64,000 nucleotides of DNA from an uncultured Anaerolinea sp. (GTDB lineage: Bacteria > Chloroflexota > Anaerolineae > Anaerolineales > Villigracilaceae), in NCBI GenBank assembly GCA_964511765.1, contig CAZEGE010000001.1, forward strand, positions 41,728 to 105,727, written 5' to 3'. Of this stretch, positions 35,524 to 43,965 are shown one piece after another (within the stretch, counting starts at the first letter, position 1; each line of letters starts with the position of its first letter). Below the pieces are notes generated by a model. It saw nothing but the letters and a program-made list of their open reading frames with translations, had not been told where the DNA came from and ran no database searches. Made by a program: the position numbers and the translations under genes.

Positions 35524-35557
35524 ACCTGACAAGTCATCGTAGGATGACTTGTCAGGT
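35524..35557. terminator. Stem-loop after BMP gene 2
   Basis: Perfect 15-bp inverted repeat ACCTGACAAGTCATC-gtag-GATGACTTGTCAGGT; no clear U tract. Confidence 0.6.
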
Positions 35558-35629
35558 AAAAGACAAGCAATTATTTTGAATTTCTCTTTTTGATTATTTA
35601 TCCCCCGAAGTTGTTAACTGGATGGTGTA

Positions 35630-37198
35630 ATGACCGAATCAACCAAACTTCCTTCCGGACAAACTCGTATTGAGAGCCTTGAAATGCGCGGCATTACCAA
35701 GAGATTTCCCGGTGTGCTTGCCAGTGACCATGTGAATTTTGATGTGAAATCCGGCGAAGTCCATGCCTTGCTGGGTGAAAATGGTGCGGGTAAAAGCACC
35801 TTGATGAAGATCCTCTACGGCATGTATCATGCGGATGAAGGTCAAATATTATTGAATGGCGAACCTGTCACTATTGCCTCGCCGACAGATGCAATCAACC
35901 TGGGTATTGGCATGATCCACCAGCATTTTATGCTGGTGCAGTCGTTGACAGTTGCGGAAAACGTAGCTTTGGGATTACCATCCTCTCGCGGCCCATTGAC
36001 CGACCTCGACCGTGTATCAAAACGCATTTTGGAATTGGCTGGAATTTATAGTTTGAAGATAGACCCAAACGCATACATCTGGCAGCTTTCCGTTGGCCAG
36101 CAGCAGCGCGTTGAAATTATCAAGGCGCTTTATCGCGGCGCTGCATTGCTCATTCTTGATGAACCCACTGCAGTGCTCACTCCACAGGAAGTGGATGAAT
36201 TATTTGCCATCATGCATCAGATGGTGAGGGATGGTTATGCTCTTATCTTTATTTCCCATAAATTACATGAAGTTGTCGAGATCAGTAATCGCGTGACAGT
36301 CTTGCGGGATGGCCGTAAAATAGGCACGCGCCCCACCTCTGAAACCACCAAACAGGACCTTGCCAATTGGATGGTCGGCCGTGAAATCAGCTTCGCGCCG
36401 GATCGCGGGAATGTGGAGCTTGGAGAAGTTCGCCTGCAAGTCGAGCAGCTATCCTGTGGGAGTGATCGCGGCACGCCCGGCTTGCGCGATGTAAGCCTGG
36501 AGGTCCACGCCGGTGAAATTTTGGGAATAGCAGGCGTTTCGGGTAACGGTCAACGCGAATTGGCTGAAACAATTACCGGCTTGCGAAAAATAACCGGCGG
36601 TCGTGTCTATCTGGAGGGGAAAAATGTCACTGGCTTTGCTCCCGCTGAATTAACCAAAAGAATGCTTTCCTATATTCCAGAGGAACGTATGCGCGATGGG
36701 ATGATCAAGGATTTTAGCGTGGCAGAAAATATGATCCTGCGGGAACATCACAAACCGCCCTTCTCCCGTTCCGGCTTCTTGAACCTGAAAGAAATCTCCA
36801 GCCATACAGACCGAATGATCGCAAGGTTCCATGTTAAGACACCCTCGCAGGAAACCCTCGCCAAGAATCTCTCTGGCGGCAACATTCAAAAAGTAGTCCT
36901 CGCTCGCGAAATCTCCCGCAACCCGCGCGCCATTATTGCCGCGCAGCCAACCCGTGGACTTGACATCGGCGCCACGGAATATGTCCGTGAACAATTGATC
37001 GAACAACGAAAAAAAGGCGCGGCAGTCTTACTCATCTCCGAGGATCTGGATGAAGTTCTCGCGCTTTCTGATCGTATTGCGGTCATATACGAAGGCCGGA
37101 TCATGGATATTCTTCCTCGTCAAAATGCAACCCCGGAAAAACTCGGTCTGTTTATGGCGGGCGTGCATCCGGAAGAAGGTGTTCCAGTAGTTACATAG
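35630..37198 (+). CDS. Tandem-domain ABC ATPase (system 2)
   Basis: GENGAGKS, LSVGQQQR, ILDEPT, LSGGNIQK, QPTRGLD. Confidence 0.92.
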   Translation: MTESTKLPSGQTRIESLEMRGITKRFPGVLASDHVNFDVKSGEVHALLGENGAGKSTLMKILYGMYHADEGQILLNGEPVTIASPTDAINLGIGMIHQHFMLVQSLTVAENVALGLPSSRGPLTDLDRVSKRILELAGIYSLKIDPNAYIWQLSVGQQQRVEIIKALYRGAALLILDEPTAVLTPQEVDELFAIMHQMVRDGYALIFISHKLHEVVEISNRVTVLRDGRKIGTRPTSETTKQDLANWMVGREISFAPDRGNVELGEVRLQVEQLSCGSDRGTPGLRDVSLEVHAGEILGIAGVSGNGQRELAETITGLRKITGGRVYLEGKNVTGFAPAELTKRMLSYIPEERMRDGMIKDFSVAENMILREHHKPPFSRSGFLNLKEISSHTDRMIARFHVKTPSQETLAKNLSGGNIQKVVLAREISRNPRAIIAAQPTRGLDIGATEYVREQLIEQRKKGAAVLLISEDLDEVLALSDRIAVIYEGRIMDILPRQNATPEKLGLFMAGVHPEEGVPVVT

Positions 37199-37320
37199 AT
37201 CGAATTAATAGTAGTACAATTTTATTCCATCGGTTCGGTGGTCGTGGCGCGGCGCGCGCCACGGCGTTGGGCAAACCCATCGAAAAGTGCCGCCGTCCAG
37301 TAAGAAAAAGGACACCACCC

Positions 37321-38226
37321 ATGAACCTTTGGCAAGAATATATTCGCCCTGCCACCCTGTCACAAGCTATAAAGGCTTTTGCCGAATCGCCCGGTCCCGC
37401 GCTGCCCATCGCGGGTGGTACTGATTTAATACTCGACCTCGGACAGGGCCGACATGCCCCCGTTCACACACTCATAGATGTGACTGGGATTCAAGAAATG
37501 CTCGCTCTCGAAATACGGAGTGACTTCCTTTTTGTCGGCGCTGGCCTCTCGGTCAGCCGCATCGTATCGGATCCTTTGGCTGGTCAGCATGCCCAGGCTC
37601 TGGTCGAAGCTGGGACTTTGATCGCCGGCCCGCAAGTCCGCAACGTGGCTACATTGGGTGGAAATGTTGCGCACGCCCTCCCCGCTGCTGACGGGACGAT
37701 TGCCCTGCTCGCCCTCAACGCCCAAGCCGAGATCGCCGGCATCAACGCTCAAGCCGTCGTCCCCGGCGGCGATTCGCCAGCCATACGCCGAATCCCATTC
37801 AATGAATTATTTCTCGGCCCCGGAAAATCCTCTCTCAAACATGGTGAGGAGTTGTTAGTTGGTTTCTATCTGCCACTTACCAGGCACCAACAAGCCTCAT
37901 GTTTCAAGAGAATCATGCGTCCGCAAGGCGTGGCGTTGCCGATCATCAACCTCGCCATCTGGCTCGAACGCATGGACGATAATATTAAACAAATACGCAT
38001 CGCCGTCGGACCGGGCGCGCCCATTCCATGGCGCGCCACAGAAGCGGAAAAATTTATGGCGGGCAAAGCCATGAGCGATGAAATCGTGGACACCGCGCTT
38101 GAAGCTCTTCTCGTTCAAGTCGGATTCCGCTCCAGCCCCCGCCGCGCCAGCTCTGACTACCGTCGCCACATCGTGGATGGATTGTTCAGGGACACGCTCG
38201 AAGCCGCGTGGGAAAGAGCAATATAA
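37321..38226 (+). CDS. Xanthine dehydrogenase-family FAD-binding subunit
   Basis: PIAGGTDL, IAGPQVRNVATLGGNVAHALPAAD, ASSDYRRH. Start placed at MNLWQ. Confidence 0.88.
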   Translation: MNLWQEYIRPATLSQAIKAFAESPGPALPIAGGTDLILDLGQGRHAPVHTLIDVTGIQEMLALEIRSDFLFVGAGLSVSRIVSDPLAGQHAQALVEAGTLIAGPQVRNVATLGGNVAHALPAADGTIALLALNAQAEIAGINAQAVVPGGDSPAIRRIPFNELFLGPGKSSLKHGEELLVGFYLPLTRHQQASCFKRIMRPQGVALPIINLAIWLERMDDNIKQIRIAVGPGAPIPWRATEAEKFMAGKAMSDEIVDTALEALLVQVGFRSSPRRASSDYRRHIVDGLFRDTLEAAWERAI

Positions 38227-38289
38227 CCACTGAAAATGGAGTCAAAAGTCTCCTGATTTTTGACTCCATTGCTACAGAGGAAATCAATT

Positions 38290-41157
38290 ATGAACAATCA
38301 ATTCTCACTTACTGTTAACGGCATCGAACATACTCTCGAACCCATTGCGGGCGAAACCCTCGCGGACCTCCTCCGCAACCGACTGCGCCTGACAGGCACA
38401 AAGATTGGCTGCGGAGAAGCGGAGTGCGGTTCATGTACCGTGCTTGTGGACGGCGAGCCTGTCGTCTCGTGCATCTATCCCGCTGAGCGCGCGGGTGGAA
38501 AACAGATCACGACCATCGAAGGTTTGGCTTCCCTCACCCCAACCCCTCTCCCTCAGGGAGAGGGGCAAGGGGCGAGGGTAAAACTTCATCCGCTTCAGGA
38601 AGCCTTCGTCGAACATGGCGCGGTCCAATGCGGATTCTGCATCCCCGGGCAGGTCATGACCGCGTATGCGCTGCTCAAATGTAACCCGAATCCTAATTCG
38701 GATGAGATCCGCTTTGCGTTAAAGGATACGCTGTGTCGTTGCGCGGGTTATCCCACGATTGAGAATGCCATTATCGCCGCCGCGTATTCCCTGCGGACGG
38801 GGGAACCCATCCCTCTGCCGCATATCCCTGATTCGATTCATCAACATGATACCGTCGGTCATACTCATACACGCCCCGATGGAATTGAGAAGGTCACTGG
38901 CGACGCAATCTATACCGATGACCTTGTCTTCGATGGCATGTTGTATGCCAAGGCGCGGCGCGCGATGATTCCGCATGGCATCTTGAAGAAGCTCGATATT
39001 TCAAAAGCCAAAGCATTACCTGGCGTTGTGGCGGTTTTAACCGCTGAAGACATCCCCGGCGAACACAATCATGGACTGGTCATTTATGATTGGCCGACCA
39101 TTGTCGGTATTGGAGAGCGCGTCAGATACGTTGGGGATACGATCGCGATCATAGCTGCGGAAAGCCAACAGATCGCCGAGCAGGCCTCGGCTTTGATCGA
39201 AGCGGAGTTCGACTTCCAGCCTGTCATTACGAATCCGGTTCAGGCACGTCAGGATGGAGTCTCGCAAATCCACGAAAAAGGGAATTTGCTCAAGCATATC
39301 AAAGTCCGCAAAGGCGACATGGAAAAAGGTTTTGCCGAAGCCGATGTGATTCTCGAACACACTTTCCACACGTCCACCACCGACCATGCTTTCATCGAAC
39401 CCGAGTGCAGCATTGCCGTGCCGTTACCCGATGGCCGCATGGAAATATATGTCGGCTCACAAATTCCATATCAGGATCGGACTCAGGTGGCGCGTGTGAT
39501 GGGCTGGGACGAGTCGCGCGTACGCATCGTGGGGCAGCTCATGGGTGGCGGTTTCGGAGGCAAGGAAGATGTGATGGGACAAATTCACGTCGCCATGCTG
39601 GCGAATGCGACCCAGCGGCCTGTGAAATTATTGTTTGATCGCCATGAAAGTTTGCTCGTGCATCCCAAACGGCATGCCACGCAGATCCGCGTCAAGATCG
39701 GAGCAAAGAAAGATGGCCGCATCGTTGCGGTGGATACCGAACTTTATGGCGATACAGGCGCGTATGCCTCGCTTGGTGAAAAGGTGATGACGCGCGCCAC
39801 CACGCACTCTGCCGGCCCTTATGATGTGGAGCATGTGCGCGCCGATTGTTACGCCATGTACACCAATAATCCGCCTGCGGGCGCCTTCCGTGGATTTGGC
39901 GTGACGCAATCTGCTTTCGCGGTTGAGTCCATGATGGATATGCTCGCCGAGAAATTGAACATCGAGCCTGTTGAACTGCGCCGCATGAATGCGCTGCACG
40001 TTGGAAGCATCACCAACACAGGACAGGAGCTGCGCGAGTCGGTTGGCTTGATGGAATGTATTGATAAAGTGGACGCAGAAATGCGGAAGCTAAACCCGCA
40101 TCCTTTCAAGCCGACTCCTGCTCCCTCACCCCTAACCCCTCTCCCTTCTCCCCTCGGGAGAAGGGCTGGGGACGAGGGGCATTTGGTGCGCGCCTGGGGC
40201 TTTGCCGCGGCGTACAAGAACACAGGCCTCGGCGGCGGCGCTCCCGATAAATCCGGCGCGGAAGTGGAACTCTACGACAACGGCACATTTGAAGTGCGCA
40301 GTTCCTCCGCCGAGATGGGGCAGGGACTTGTCTCTGTCATGCGCATGATCGTTGCCGAAGAAATGACAGTCGCTCCTGATAAAGTCCGCGTGCTTGTCAT
40401 GGACACAGACTTAACTCCCAATGGCGGCCCGACAACTGCCTCGCGTCAAACCTATGTAACAGGCAATGCTTCTCGTTATGCTGCGAAGACCTTACGCAAC
40501 GCCATCATCGCCACGCTAGCTGAAAAGTATGATGTGAAGCCTGACCAAATTAAATTCAAAGATGGCATTGTGCATGCCAATGGACATTCGATGTCGTACG
40601 CGGAAGTCGCCAAAGAAATGAAATCAATGGGACAACAACCCCGTGCGCTGTACGAATACGAAGCACCGAAAACCCAACCTCTCGGCGAAGGCGGTGACAT
40701 GCACTTTGCCTTCTCCTACGGAGTCCAAGCCGCCGAAGTCGAAGTCAATACTCAAACAGGCGAAGTCCGTGTATTGAAAGTTATCGCCGCCAACGATGTG
40801 GGCATGGCCGTCAATCCGCTCGGCTTGCAGGGACAGGTCGAAGGCGGCGTGATGATGGGACTCGGCAACGCCCTCACCGAAGAATTCATCATGGATAATG
40901 GCTATGTCGTCACCGATCATCTCGCGCGCTATCGCGTGCCCGGCATTATGCTTACCCCTGAGATCACAGCCATCATCGTCGAACATCCCACCGCGGAAGG
41001 TCCCTATGGCGCAAAGGGTGTGGGGGAGATATGCAGTATCCCAACTACGCCCGCGATCACGAATGCAATATACAACGCCGTCGGAGTGAGGATCGATAAG
41101 ACACCTGTGGATCAGGAGATGATTGCAAGAGAGTTATGGGAGAGAAACGCTAAATAA
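38290..41157 (+). CDS. Xanthine dehydrogenase-family fused [2Fe-2S] + molybdopterin subunit
   Basis: GCGEAECGSC, VQCGFC, LCRC Fe-S motifs; GGGFGGKE, AFRGFG, AKGVGE Mo-domain motifs. Confidence 0.92.
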   Translation: MNNQFSLTVNGIEHTLEPIAGETLADLLRNRLRLTGTKIGCGEAECGSCTVLVDGEPVVSCIYPAERAGGKQITTIEGLASLTPTPLPQGEGQGARVKLHPLQEAFVEHGAVQCGFCIPGQVMTAYALLKCNPNPNSDEIRFALKDTLCRCAGYPTIENAIIAAAYSLRTGEPIPLPHIPDSIHQHDTVGHTHTRPDGIEKVTGDAIYTDDLVFDGMLYAKARRAMIPHGILKKLDISKAKALPGVVAVLTAEDIPGEHNHGLVIYDWPTIVGIGERVRYVGDTIAIIAAESQQIAEQASALIEAEFDFQPVITNPVQARQDGVSQIHEKGNLLKHIKVRKGDMEKGFAEADVILEHTFHTSTTDHAFIEPECSIAVPLPDGRMEIYVGSQIPYQDRTQVARVMGWDESRVRIVGQLMGGGFGGKEDVMGQIHVAMLANATQRPVKLLFDRHESLLVHPKRHATQIRVKIGAKKDGRIVAVDTELYGDTGAYASLGEKVMTRATTHSAGPYDVEHVRADCYAMYTNNPPAGAFRGFGVTQSAFAVESMMDMLAEKLNIEPVELRRMNALHVGSITNTGQELRESVGLMECIDKVDAEMRKLNPHPFKPTPAPSPLTPLPSPLGRRAGDEGHLVRAWGFAAAYKNTGLGGGAPDKSGAEVELYDNGTFEVRSSSAEMGQGLVSVMRMIVAEEMTVAPDKVRVLVMDTDLTPNGGPTTASRQTYVTGNASRYAAKTLRNAIIATLAEKYDVKPDQIKFKDGIVHANGHSMSYAEVAKEMKSMGQQPRALYEYEAPKTQPLGEGGDMHFAFSYGVQAAEVEVNTQTGEVRVLKVIAANDVGMAVNPLGLQGQVEGGVMMGLGNALTEEFIMDNGYVVTDHLARYRVPGIMLTPEITAIIVEHPTAEGPYGAKGVGEICSIPTTPAITNAIYNAVGVRIDKTPVDQEMIARELWERNAK
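38531..38578. repeat. 48-nt palindromic repeat inserted in frame
   Basis: CCCTCACCCC-AA-CCCCTCTCCC-TCA-GGGAGAGGGG-CAA-GGGGCGAGGG, encoding LTPTPLPQGEGQGAR inside the Fe-S domain. Confidence 0.75.
40123..40179. repeat. Composite palindromic repeat inserted in frame
   Basis: CCCTCACCCCTAACCCCTCTCCC-TTCTCCCCTCGGGAGAA-GGGCTGGGGACGAGGGG, encoding PSPLTPLPSPLGRRAGDEG. Confidence 0.72.
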
Positions 41158-41173
41158 ACTATAGAAATATAAG

Positions 41174-41216
41174 AAAAGAAAATGTCTGAGGTTTATATTC
41201 TCAGACATTTTCTTTT
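41174..41216. terminator. Bidirectional terminator between xdh and the convergent cassette
   Basis: Perfect 17-bp inverted repeat AAAAGAAAATGTCTGAG / CTCAGACATTTTCTTTT, overlapping the druA-like stop. Confidence 0.8.
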
Positions 41217-42280
41217 CCACTTTCGCTCAACAGTTTTTCTTGTAAATCATTTAATCTTGGAATTACCCATCTTGTATACCAATAATCTACTAAATCATCT
41301 TTATTAAATTCTTTCCATTTGACTCTGTTAGATTCTCCTTTTAGATATTCCCTCCAGTTTTCTGCTAGTGTGCAACGATAATATCCTCTTTGCCAGCCAA
41401 TGCTCATCATATCTACTGATAAACCAAGTTCACGCAAGCCTTTACGAAGAATTCTCATCTTCCAGTTTGGGCCTTGTCCGAATTTATAAGTGTTGAATTC
41501 CTCTGGCGAAACAACTTTTTTTATTAACTCCCAACTTCCATTTGCCGTGATGTGAATATGGCTTTGCCCTTTAGTATAGCCAATGAAATCCCAATTAAAC
41601 AAGCGAGTGTAAATTGACGATTTTCCAAAAGCCCCTAAAGTATCAATGTAAACCAAATAAGGTTTTTTATTTTTCTGGGTAATGATAGTTTCCAATTTTT
41701 TATACTTTTCATAAAACTTTTTTCGCACTTCTGGAAACATAATTGTTAGGGCAACTAATTTTCCACCAAGTATACGGTTGTAGGGTGGGATAGCTCCTAA
41801 GATATAAGCAGTCATGCAGTTATAAAGACGTTCTAGTTTTTGATCTTTAGACCAACCAATTGATTTGAGATCTCTTGTTTCTAAACCAATTACGGGATCT
41901 GCCAACCCAACAATTCCTATAAGTTTGTCGTTTTGTTCGTCAAAAACAAAATATCTTAACCTTCTTCCATACCCTGCTGTAACAGGTATCGACCAAAACC
42001 CTGTTGCATAAGCCCAAATACGTTTGTGCTCTTCGCTTTGGTCAACAAGTATTAAATAAGGTTTAACTTTTAGAATATCAATTTCTTCTGGCTTTGCAAT
42101 GTATTTTTTTACTTTTTCAAAATAAACATCTTGCTTGGGGTTTGTTTGTTCGGCAAGCTTTGCTTGAGTTTCTCTGAAATCGGTAACACTAATTTTGCCC
42201 TCAGCTTCATTCCACTGAACGCCATAGTTTGCTAGGTTTGCAAGAATTTTTTCCCGAATACGTTTTTTTTGTACAGCCAT
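41201..42280 (-). CDS. druA: DruA-like (DUF4338) protein
   Basis: WSIPVTAGYGRRLRYFVFD..NDKLIGI.GLADPV, RD..IGW, LGAIPPYNRILGGKLVA, GKSSIYTRL, FGQGPNWKMR, RW.IPR match the Druantia DruA pattern as recalled. Confidence 0.8.
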   Translation of the reverse strand: MAVQKKRIREKILANLANYGVQWNEAEGKISVTDFRETQAKLAEQTNPKQDVYFEKVKKYIAKPEEIDILKVKPYLILVDQSEEHKRIWAYATGFWSIPVTAGYGRRLRYFVFDEQNDKLIGIVGLADPVIGLETRDLKSIGWSKDQKLERLYNCMTAYILGAIPPYNRILGGKLVALTIMFPEVRKKFYEKYKKLETIITQKNKKPYLVYIDTLGAFGKSSIYTRLFNWDFIGYTKGQSHIHITANGSWELIKKVVSPEEFNTYKFGQGPNWKMRILRKGLRELGLSVDMMSIGWQRGYYRCTLAENWREYLKGESNRVKWKEFNKDDLVDYWYTRWVIPRLNDLQEKLLSESGKENV

Positions 42281-42291
42281 TTTAGGTTGGT

Positions 42292-43956
42292 TTACTTTAT
42301 GAATTTTGAATCTTTGTAAACTTTGTTTTCAATCAGTTTTTCAAACCAATTTACTCGAATTGGTAACGCAAATGCTTGATCGGATGATACCATGTAGAGA
42401 TTTCCAGGGATGGTTTCTCGTTGAATAAAATTTGCAATTACTCCATCGAAATTGATGTTTGATTTTGTTAGGGCTCTAATATCATCTGCATTTCCCATAT
42501 GAAATGAGAAGAAGTTTTCGGCTTGTGTGCGTATCTCTTCGGAAATCGCTGATGGTCTTTGTGTTACGGCGATTAAACCTAGTCCAAATTTTCGGCCTTC
42601 TTTTGCGACTCTAACAAATGGATTTGCGTTTGATCTTACAAATTCTTCTGACAAAACATTTTGGGCTTCTTCCACAAATATTACGGTGTTGATCACATTT
42701 TCTTTTTTGTCCGATGTGAATTCAGCTTTATTGTTTTCGAACAACTTCCTGACAATAATAGTGGAGATTATGCTTGCGTCCATGTTATCTTTTAGTGATA
42801 AGTCAATTACAACTGTTTTTCCGCTTTTCAGATGTGTAAAGATTTTCTCGACCATATCAGACTTGGACGAGTGAATACCTTTTCCTTCGTCTATTAAATG
42901 ACCAATTCGTTTTCTAATAGCCATTATGGTCTTTCTGGCACTAACATCTTCTTTCGGATTGCCACTTTTATCGACTTTTTGGTCCCCGAAGAAGTCGGAG
43001 AAATCAACATGCAATTTGTGCGGATCTTCTACATACTTGCCGATGTTTTGGATAAAATCTCCAACACCTTCTTCATCCAAGTAAAGCAAGAAGGATTTCA
43101 TCACCTCGGAAAAACCTGCCCCAAAATTTAAAATATCACCAACAGTTAGGTGCTTGTGAGTATTGATTAAGACATTTCCGCCATAAATAAATCTCCCGTC
43201 ATATTCTTTTGGCAATTTCTTATCCGAATAAACAATCAAGTTTTGTTTTATAGTTGGGTCGTCAATATCACCAAGCCCGTATGTTTTAGTGCCGCGCAAG
43301 AAATATTCGCCATTTAAGTCAAAGATTAACTTCCCGTAACTGGTATCTCCAATCATATAGTGCAGTAACACTTTCACTAAGTTGGTTTTCCCAAAACCAG
43401 ATTGAGCAAATATCATCGTTCTTTTTTCCCGAAGCTTGTCAATTTGGAATAAGATTTGCCCTTTGTCTTCAAAAATGGTTTCGCCAACACATAGATAGCC
43501 AATTGGCGCGCCATTTTCATTTGCTTTATTCAAGATGTATTCGGTCTCGCGTTTATTTAAATGGCGAGCGATGTATGAGACCGTTGGAAGTTTTCTAACA
43601 GCAGTTGTGAATTCAAGACTTCTGCCATTATCAGTAAAAGTACCTAAAATCCGAACTTTATAAGTATAACTAAACATTTTCTGTTTATCGCGTTCTGAAA
43701 GTTCCCGTTCAGCGATACGCGCATAATGTACTGCAATTAGCGTTTTATCTTGGGACTTGAAAATTGGATCTTCATCATAAATCTCCGCTTCAACACGGGC
43801 AAGAAACTTTGTGCTTCCTTCATCTTTTGGAGTTAGAACAATAAAATCACCAGTTTGAGGGCTGGCTTTTGCGTCTTCGTAAGAAGAATAAATTAAGAGT
43901 GCGTCTTCTGTGGTTTTCTGCCCATAAAGTACGCCAAAATCAGCTTTTGTAGTCAT
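42292..43956 (-). CDS. herA: HerA/FtsK-like ATPase (HAS barrel + DUF87)
   Basis: Walker A AQSGFGKT, IFDLNGEY, Walker B IFVEEAQN, arginine finger region AKEGRKFGLGLIAVTQRPS. Confidence 0.88.
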   Translation of the reverse strand: MTTKADFGVLYGQKTTEDALLIYSSYEDAKASPQTGDFIVLTPKDEGSTKFLARVEAEIYDEDPIFKSQDKTLIAVHYARIAERELSERDKQKMFSYTYKVRILGTFTDNGRSLEFTTAVRKLPTVSYIARHLNKRETEYILNKANENGAPIGYLCVGETIFEDKGQILFQIDKLREKRTMIFAQSGFGKTNLVKVLLHYMIGDTSYGKLIFDLNGEYFLRGTKTYGLGDIDDPTIKQNLIVYSDKKLPKEYDGRFIYGGNVLINTHKHLTVGDILNFGAGFSEVMKSFLLYLDEEGVGDFIQNIGKYVEDPHKLHVDFSDFFGDQKVDKSGNPKEDVSARKTIMAIRKRIGHLIDEGKGIHSSKSDMVEKIFTHLKSGKTVVIDLSLKDNMDASIISTIIVRKLFENNKAEFTSDKKENVINTVIFVEEAQNVLSEEFVRSNANPFVRVAKEGRKFGLGLIAVTQRPSAISEEIRTQAENFFSFHMGNADDIRALTKSNINFDGVIANFIQRETIPGNLYMVSSDQAFALPIRVNWFEKLIENKVYKDSKFIK

Positions 43957-43965
43957 GTTGTAGTC

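Noticed and set aside
37267-41157. Additional UGA-recoded selenoproteins in the Xdh or yqeC genes
   Set aside because: These ORFs are uninterrupted. Any selenium would be the labile cofactor type, not Sec.
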